DNA of 64,000 bases from an uncultured Bdellovibrionales bacterium (GTDB lineage: Bacteria; Patescibacteriota; Minisyncoccia; Moranbacterales; GWC2-37-73). Every line of letters starts with the position of its first letter. Position 1 is the stretch's first letter. Below, one piece after another: positions 58,282 to 64,000 of this stretch. Under the pieces are notes generated by a model. The model was not told where the DNA came from. It was given only the letters and a program-made list of their open reading frames with translations, and did no database searches. The stretch spans positions 37,044 through 101,043 of the forward strand of contig CAZAFB010000003.1 in assembly GCA_964484505.1 (NCBI GenBank), given 5' to 3'. Made by a program: the position numbers and the translations under genes.

Positions 58282-59166
58282 ATGGAAAAAACAAACGATG
58301 TGGAAGAAGATTTCTATGCAGAAGCCTTTTCTCGCAACATTGGGCTGTTTTCTCCCAAAGAACAAGGTATTTTGCGGGAATCTACAGTTGCCATAGCTGG
58401 CTTGGGTGGCGTTGGTGGCAATTATTGTCTTAGTTTGGCGCGCACGGGAGTGGGCGGTTTTTCGCTTGCGGATTTTGACACTTTTGAACTTGCTAATACA
58501 AATAGGCAGGCCGGGGCTGACACTCAAAGCATGGGAAGAGAAAAATGTATCGTGATGGCGGAAAAGGTAAGGTTGATAAATCCACATGCCAGAATAAGGC
58601 AGTTCAACAAGGGAATAAGTAGTGAAAATGTGGACGAATTTCTTGAAGGCGCCAAAGTGGTTTTGGATGGGCTTGATTTTTTTGCCATAAGAGAAAGAGT
58701 GATGCTTTTCAAAAAGGCCAGGGAAAAAGGAATTTTTGCCATAACTTCTCCGCCAATTGGTTTTGGAGCCGCGCTTTTGGTTTTTGATCCCAAGGGCATG
58801 AATTTTGAGGAATATTTTGATATTTGTGATGGAATGGATGAAAAAGAAATGCTTTTTCGTTTTGGTTTGGGTTTGAGTCCTTCTCTGATTCAGCGAAAAT
58901 ATTTCAAGCCGGAATCGATTGATTTTTCTGGCAAAAAAACACCTTCACTTGGGATAGGTACCCAAGCCTGCAATAATTTAGTCTGTTGTGAAACAGCCAA
59001 GGTCATTTTGGGAAAAAGAGTACGTAGTGTGCCTTTTTCAACACACTTCGATCCATATGTACAAAAATACAAAAAAATAACACTCTGGGGCGGCAATCGT
59101 AATCCCAAACAATTGCTCAAGAGAATGATTTTTAGAAAAATTCTCAAGAAAAAAGGAATGATATGA
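58282..59166 (+). CDS. ThiF/MoeB/HesA-family E1-like adenylyltransferase
   Basis: VAIAGLGGVGGNYCLSLARTGVGGFSLADFDTFELANTNRQ (Rossmann GxGxxG and the conserved NRQ). Confidence 0.7.
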   Translation: MEKTNDVEEDFYAEAFSRNIGLFSPKEQGILRESTVAIAGLGGVGGNYCLSLARTGVGGFSLADFDTFELANTNRQAGADTQSMGREKCIVMAEKVRLINPHARIRQFNKGISSENVDEFLEGAKVVLDGLDFFAIRERVMLFKKAREKGIFAITSPPIGFGAALLVFDPKGMNFEEYFDICDGMDEKEMLFRFGLGLSPSLIQRKYFKPESIDFSGKKTPSLGIGTQACNNLVCCETAKVILGKRVRSVPFSTHFDPYVQKYKKITLWGGNRNPKQLLKRMIFRKILKKKGMI

Positions 59167-59795
59167 AGAAGAAATTCAAGAAAAAAATAGCCGATTTGTT
59201 CATCGCGTTTAATCAAATATTGGTTTATGTGATATTTTCCCGTCTTTTGCGCTATTATTTTCGTGCCAATAAAAAGGTCGCTGCTTCCATAGGGGAATTG
59301 AAAAAAGGATCCTTGATTGTCGCAAACCATCAATCAATTCTTGATCCCTTCATAATATTGTCGCACCTCCCTTTGAAATCTTTTTTGCGGACTATTCCGG
59401 TTAGATTTCCGACTAAGCATTCATATTACAAATACCTTCGTTTGCTGGCATTTGTGGGAGCATTTGATATTGGCGATCAAAACAGGGAACGCATGCTCGG
59501 CCTTTTTCGCACGCGACAATACCTTGTGGATGGCAAAAGCATCATGCTTTTTCCCGAAGGAAAGATCTGCACAAATGCGGAAGCTGGAATAGATGAATTT
59601 CAAAAAGGCATAACTTTTTTAACCGATGTGGCAAAAAACGTGCTTTTTGTGCGAATGGAAGGATTTCATCGTAGTGATTGGTTGAAGATCATGAAAAAGC
59701 GTAGAAGCATGGCTTTTAGTGAAATATGCCAGATGAAAGGAGAAAATAAAAATCCCGATGTATTAAAGGAATATATGGAGCAACTCTCTGTTTAA
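59163..59795 (+). CDS. Lysophospholipid acyltransferase (PlsC/LPLAT family)
   Basis: H(x)4D motif ANHQSILDP and the FPEGK motif. Confidence 0.6.
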   Translation: MKKKFKKKIADLFIAFNQILVYVIFSRLLRYYFRANKKVAASIGELKKGSLIVANHQSILDPFIILSHLPLKSFLRTIPVRFPTKHSYYKYLRLLAFVGAFDIGDQNRERMLGLFRTRQYLVDGKSIMLFPEGKICTNAEAGIDEFQKGITFLTDVAKNVLFVRMEGFHRSDWLKIMKKRRSMAFSEICQMKGENKNPDVLKEYMEQLSV

Positions 59796-59810
59796 AAGAA
59801 AATAGAGCAT

Positions 59811-60494
59811 ATGGTAGTGGCTGAATGTTTTTATGACAAAATCGATTTTCACGAAGCGCATCTTTCTCCAAGAGAAAAAGTCATTTTTAGTGGTGCAAAT
59901 AGGGACAAAAAGAGAACCTGGCTTTCCGGCAGGATCGCTGCAAAAAGAGCATTTCAAAAGCATGTGGCTTTGGAATTTGGGATAAGTCCCAAGTTGGAGG
60001 AAGTGGAAGTTTCTTGCGATATACATGGCAAGCCGAAAATTTCTTTTATTGATAACCATGACAAATTCGGCTCTTATTGCGAAACTGATTTATCGATAGC
60101 ACATGCGGACGGCCTGGCCATGGCTGCTGTTTCCAGAATTAAAGATTTCGGATTGGTCGGGATAGATATTGAAAAAAAACGGTTTTTTAAAACATCAATA
60201 GCCGATGCTTTTTTATCGGCGAATGAGCTTGATTTTATAGCTGATTCCGCAAATGATGGCGATATCCTCAAGACAGTTTTCTGGTGCATAAAGGAAGCCT
60301 ACTTGAAGGCCAAGGGAATAGGCTTGAGGCAACATCCCGCAACCATACAAGTTTCGTCGCCTCTTAGCGGCAAGGGAAAGGTGTTTGATGAAAAAGACTC
60401 TTCCGCGGAAGCTTTTTTTCATGTCTTCCGCTGCTATGAAGATTTTTTTGTGGCAATTGTAAACATAAAAAATAGGGAACAAATCAATTTATAA
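59811..60494 (+). CDS. 4'-phosphopantetheinyl transferase (Sfp-type)
   Basis: GIDIE and WCIKEAYLKAKG motifs. Confidence 0.7.
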   Translation: MVVAECFYDKIDFHEAHLSPREKVIFSGANRDKKRTWLSGRIAAKRAFQKHVALEFGISPKLEEVEVSCDIHGKPKISFIDNHDKFGSYCETDLSIAHADGLAMAAVSRIKDFGLVGIDIEKKRFFKTSIADAFLSANELDFIADSANDGDILKTVFWCIKEAYLKAKGIGLRQHPATIQVSSPLSGKGKVFDEKDSSAEAFFHVFRCYEDFFVAIVNIKNREQINL

Positions 60495-60505
60495 AATACG
60501 AAAGT

Positions 60506-60736
60506 ATGACAGACAATAGAGTATATGAAGTCATCATTGAAACGCTCGGCATAGACAGGGCTGCTTTTGATGAATTTTCTAAAATAGAGGATATCTGCAA
60601 GGATTCCATCCAGATATTTAGTTTAATTATGGCGTTTGAAAAGAAATTCGGACAAAAAGTTGATTATGATGATTTGGTGAATATTGAAACTGTGGGTGAT
60701 ATAATGAGATTGGTCGAAAGACTTGGAAATAAGTAG
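60506..60736 (+). CDS. Acyl carrier protein-like
   Basis: 76 aa four-helix protein with a DSI(Q) phosphopantetheine attachment-like site (KDSIQIFSLIMAFEKKFG). Confidence 0.65.
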   Translation: MTDNRVYEVIIETLGIDRAAFDEFSKIEDICKDSIQIFSLIMAFEKKFGQKVDYDDLVNIETVGDIMRLVERLGNK

Positions 60737-60903
60737 GGAATTTTTACAATATGTTATAAAACTAGAAGTTACGCATCTGCATAAATTTCAAGCAAATATA
60801 TATTTTTTGCTTGCCTTTCACGGCCGGCAGTGCGCAAAAATAATATTTGCTGAAATTTTGAAAATTCAAACGTGTAAGTTCTAAAAATATTTTTTACAAA
60901 AAT

Positions 60904-61674
60904 ATGGCAATTAAAAACCAAGCTATTTTTATAGGATTGCTTCTTCCGGTTTTGCTCTTGCTTTGCATGGCAATTTATGCCGGTTTTTTCAAAGATTTTG
61001 CTTTTAAGATTAAATACGGCTCCTATTCTTTTTTTGGCACCAAGGAGAAGATGAATGCGATTAATGTTGAGAGTATTGCAAAATCAAAAAAAGATAGAAC
61101 CAACGTGACTGTAGTTATTCATGGTGCTGGCGCTGAATATTATAAAGATGTTTATGGTACGGTAATTTGGCTAAAAGAGCAGGGGATGAATCCGATTTCA
61201 TTTGATTATGATTTCAGGGAAAGCCCTGATGTTTCAGCCGGGAGGCTCAAAAAATTTATTGAAGAAACATTGCTTGAAACAGGAAATGAAAAAGTCGATA
61301 TTCTCGGCATATGTTTGGGAGGCATGTTGGCAAAATATTATGCTCAGGAATATGGTGGTGCCTCCAGCATCAGGAAACTTGTTACGATAATTTCTCCTGC
61401 ATTGGTCATACCTGAAAAAGAACCGGCTTACATGTATGATAAATATTTTTCTTTCGACCCGGATCCTTGGAATGAAATATTGGTCAAATTGGAAAATATT
61501 AATCCGGTAGTTGATCATCTCTATTTGTATTGCAGAAAAGATTTGCTAGTCCCGAGTAAATATCAAAGAGCGGAAATCGGCAATTATTTCGGTTTTGATT
61601 GCGGACATGCCTTTATCAATACCAACCCGCAATTACTTCAAAAGGCCGGAGAATTTTTAGAGACACGAAAGTAA
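60904..61674 (+). CDS. Alpha/beta-hydrolase fold protein with Cys in the nucleophile elbow (G-I-C-L-G-G)
   Basis: N-terminal TM; HGAGAEYY followed by VDILGICLGG. This is a GxSxG-like elbow carrying Cys. Confidence 0.5.
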   Translation: MAIKNQAIFIGLLLPVLLLLCMAIYAGFFKDFAFKIKYGSYSFFGTKEKMNAINVESIAKSKKDRTNVTVVIHGAGAEYYKDVYGTVIWLKEQGMNPISFDYDFRESPDVSAGRLKKFIEETLLETGNEKVDILGICLGGMLAKYYAQEYGGASSIRKLVTIISPALVIPEKEPAYMYDKYFSFDPDPWNEILVKLENINPVVDHLYLYCRKDLLVPSKYQRAEIGNYFGFDCGHAFINTNPQLLQKAGEFLETRK

Positions 61675-61698
61675 AAAGGAAATTCAACGAATGATGAT

Positions 61699-62817
61699 AT
61701 GGAAAAATGGAAATCAATAAGGGATTTTTTAAACCACAAGCTGTATGTGTATTTTCTCAGGAGAATTTTTTTTCAGATAGATCCCGAGCGTATACATAAT
61801 ATTATGATATCTTTTGGGAATTTCTTGGGGAAATATTCCTCAACAAAGAGGGTAACTTCTTTATTCTTTGGTTATGAGAACGATTCTCTGAAACAGCATA
61901 TTTTAGGACTTGAATTTGCAAATCCCATTGGTCTGGCTGCGGGATTCGACAAGGATGTGCAACTGACCCAGATATTGTCCGAAGTCGGATTTGGTTTTAT
62001 GGAGGGAGGTTCGGTAACGGGAGAAAGTTGTGAGGGCAATCCCAAGCCCAGATTATGGAGACTGAAAGAATCCAAGAGCCTTTTGGTTTATTATGGCCTC
62101 AAGAACGAAGGTTGTGAGCGAATTGCTGGCAGGCTTAAAGGAAAAAAAATAATTTTTCCTTTGGGTATAAGTGTTGCAAAAACAAACAATGAAAAAACAG
62201 TTTCTCTGGAAGGAGGAATCGAAGATTATCTAAAAGCTTTTCGTGAGATGTCCGGGATTGCTGATTATATAACCATAAACATAAGTTGCCCGAATGCTTT
62301 TGGGGGCTGTCCGTTTACTAGCAGGGAATATTTGGAGGCATTGCTTTCGAAAATAAGTTCTGCTCGCAGCAGCAAGCCAATATTCCTAAAATTATCGCCA
62401 AATCTCACCAAAGAAGAACTGGATACGATTATTGAAGTTTCCGGAAGATATGGCATTGATGGTTTTGTGTGTAGCAATTTAACCAAAGACAGAAGAAATG
62501 GAAAAATAAAAGACCTTGGTTTCCCGGAAAAGGGTGGGATGAGCGGCAAGGTGGTGGAAGATCTTGCCGAAGAACAGATAAAGTATATCTTTTCCTTAAC
62601 CAAGGGGAGATTCGTCATTATCGGTTGTGGTGGTGTTTTTTGTGCCGAGGATGCCTATCGGAAGATTCGTTTGGGTGCTTCCTTGATTCAAATGATTACA
62701 GGAATGATTTATGAGGGTCCACAAGTTATCGGTCAGATAAACCGAGGTCTTGATCAATTGCTGAAAAAAGACGGTTTCGTTTCAATAAGTGAAGCGATCG
62801 GTGTTGATAATGAATAA
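61699..62817 (+). CDS. pyrD: Dihydroorotate dehydrogenase-like (class 2 PyrD family) flavoprotein
   Basis: NPIGLAAGFDKD ... GFGFMEGGSVT ... GNPKPRLWRL ... ITINISCPN are class 2 DHODH hallmarks. Confidence 0.7.
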   Translation: MEKWKSIRDFLNHKLYVYFLRRIFFQIDPERIHNIMISFGNFLGKYSSTKRVTSLFFGYENDSLKQHILGLEFANPIGLAAGFDKDVQLTQILSEVGFGFMEGGSVTGESCEGNPKPRLWRLKESKSLLVYYGLKNEGCERIAGRLKGKKIIFPLGISVAKTNNEKTVSLEGGIEDYLKAFREMSGIADYITINISCPNAFGGCPFTSREYLEALLSKISSARSSKPIFLKLSPNLTKEELDTIIEVSGRYGIDGFVCSNLTKDRRNGKIKDLGFPEKGGMSGKVVEDLAEEQIKYIFSLTKGRFVIIGCGGVFCAEDAYRKIRLGASLIQMITGMIYEGPQVIGQINRGLDQLLKKDGFVSISEAIGVDNE

Positions 62818-62820
62818 TTT

Positions 62821-63492
62821 ATGTCCAAGATAGACTTCTATTTGATGCGTTCTCAGAAAGGTCTTCAACAAGCTGCGGATCTGGTGCAGTTTGAATATGA
62901 AAAAGATGGATATGTAAAAGTTCTTGAAAAAGACGAGCGGGTGCCGATTTCAAAATATAACAAAGAATCAAGTTCCTTTACTTTTTTGGCGAAAAATGAA
63001 GAATTGGTTTTGGGTACGGTGAGTTTGGTTTGCGATGGAAAATTCGGAATTCCTTTGGATTCTATTTTTGCTCAGGAAATGCAGCTTTTGCGGGCGAAAG
63101 GAAAAAAGTGCGCTGAAATATCTCAGCTTGCCATCAGGCGCGATGCGGTCGATCTTCTTGGATTGAATCAACGAAAAATTCAAATGCTTTTACTTTTGCC
63201 TTTGTTTAAACTCGTTTTCTATTGTGCTAAAGCTTGTGAAATAGATACGCTTTGCATTACCATAAATCCCAAGCATGATAAATTTTATCTGGCTCTTGGC
63301 TTCGAGCCTCTCGGTGAAGAAAAAACATATGAAGCAGTTGGTGGTGCACCGGCGCTATTGAGAAAACTTGAACTTGATCGCGCCTCCGAAATGCAAGAAA
63401 ATATCGTGACGCGCGAGATTCTAAATGGACCTATAGAGTTCTCTTTCCTTGATAACAAAAATGATAAAGTTGTCTTTTCTCAAGGGTATTAA
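62821..63492 (+). CDS. GNAT-fold N-acyltransferase resembling N-acyl amino acid synthases (FeeM) and acyl-homoserine-lactone synthases
   Basis: The EISQLAIRRD and NPKHDKFYLALGFEPLG segments resemble E-x-SR-hxh and the C-terminal core of FeeM/LuxI-like enzymes. Judged from memory only. Confidence 0.4.
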   Translation: MSKIDFYLMRSQKGLQQAADLVQFEYEKDGYVKVLEKDERVPISKYNKESSSFTFLAKNEELVLGTVSLVCDGKFGIPLDSIFAQEMQLLRAKGKKCAEISQLAIRRDAVDLLGLNQRKIQMLLLLPLFKLVFYCAKACEIDTLCITINPKHDKFYLALGFEPLGEEKTYEAVGGAPALLRKLELDRASEMQENIVTREILNGPIEFSFLDNKNDKVVFSQGY

Positions 63493-63496
63493 TTTT

Positions 63497-64000
63497 TTAA
63501 CTTTTTGTTTTGAGCACTTCTGCAAGTTTTTTTCTTCCTGAATCAAGTGATGGTTTTTTGGCGTAGCCTATTCGGAAAAATGCTACAAAAACACCATTTT
63601 TTACGCCCTTGAATTTGCTTGAAAAATGATGATGTATTTTTTTTCTGATGTTTTCGTGCTTTTTAGATAGCCCGCCCTTGTGGAGTTGTCCATTGAGGAT
63701 AAAAGCGATGGGTCCGAAGAGTGGTTGCACGGAGATGCCTTGCTTGGAAAACTCCAGCCAAAGGGATTGCAAAAGTCTCCCACCCTCGGCATAAACATGA
63801 GGATGCCTCTCCAAAGGGGAAACTATCGCTACCAAGCCGGCGGACTTTCTGATTGTATTTCTGGTGTGTAAAACGGAACCTATCGCCAACATTTTCCAAA
63901 TCAAGGGAAATTTTGAAGCGGCGAATATGGCTGGCCTGAATAAATGCTTTTTTAATCCCAGTTCTAGACTGTCTATATGCAAGCCGTCAGCATGCTTTTT
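63497..64000 (-). CDS. Nitroreductase-family protein, C-terminal part. The N-terminus is outside the window.
   Basis: LLQSLWLEFSKQGISVQPL ... FFRIGYAKKP resembles the C-terminal half of FMN nitroreductases. The frame is open to the window edge. Confidence 0.4.
   Translation of the reverse strand, partial: KKHADGLHIDSLELGLKKHLFRPAIFAASKFPLIWKMLAIGSVLHTRNTIRKSAGLVAIVSPLERHPHVYAEGGRLLQSLWLEFSKQGISVQPLFGPIAFILNGQLHKGGLSKKHENIRKKIHHHFSSKFKGVKNGVFVAFFRIGYAKKPSLDSGRKKLAEVLKTKS

Overview
This window is a low-GC, compact, mostly housekeeping region that looks like a Candidate Phyla Radiation (Patescibacteria) type bacterium. Most native genes lack a Shine-Dalgarno sequence, several proteins carry Lys/Ala-rich N-terminal tails, and the code is standard. 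Gene order is as follows. Positions 1-7666: a complete F-type ATP synthase operon (atpB-E-F-H-A-G-D-C). Positions 7819-12172: a small beta-carbonic-anhydrase-like gene, a DUF4349 membrane protein and a more G+C-rich two-gene cassette with its own promoter. Positions 12636-15562: tRNA-Leu(CAA), a four-helix-bundle (23S rRNA IVS family) gene, parA and parB, and a GxxExxY (PD-(D/E)xK) gene flanked by inverted repeats. Positions 15609-21355: relA/spoT, topA and dprA on the minus strand, with a PilX-like minor pilin divergent from dprA. Positions 21366-30957: pth, an LCP protein, lepB, hisS, a HIT protein, rpsU, a GatB/YqeY protein, ybeY, dgkA, ftsA and ftsZ. Positions 31138-36086: two tandem paralogous genes for large Cys-rich surface proteins with an unusual internal TM plus signal-peptide-like hairpin. 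Positions 36416-41288: infA, rpmJ, rpsM, rpsK, rpsD, rpoA, rplQ, rplM and rpsI, each preceded by a copy of a repeated leader of about 105 bp. Positions 41640-57146: a hypothetical gene with a consensus promoter, a PEGA/beta-propeller protein, tRNA-Lys(TTT), a BNR-repeat lipoprotein, frr, rseP, greA, lysS, glycosyltransferases, an HD hydrolase, a metallophosphoesterase, a tRNA-like gene carrying an insertion of about 70 nt, and serS. Positions 57271-64000: a Bro-N protein and a candidate lipid or N-acyl amino acid cluster (ThiF-like, acyltransferase, PPTase, ACP, alpha/beta hydrolase, PyrD-like, FeeM-like GNAT, nitroreductase-like). The most unusual property is that almost every intergenic spacer is built from short sequence words followed by their reverse complements. 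Several of these spacers fall into repeat families. Some sit exactly at gene ends or start codons and look like MITE-like insertions with target-site-duplication-like direct repeats.
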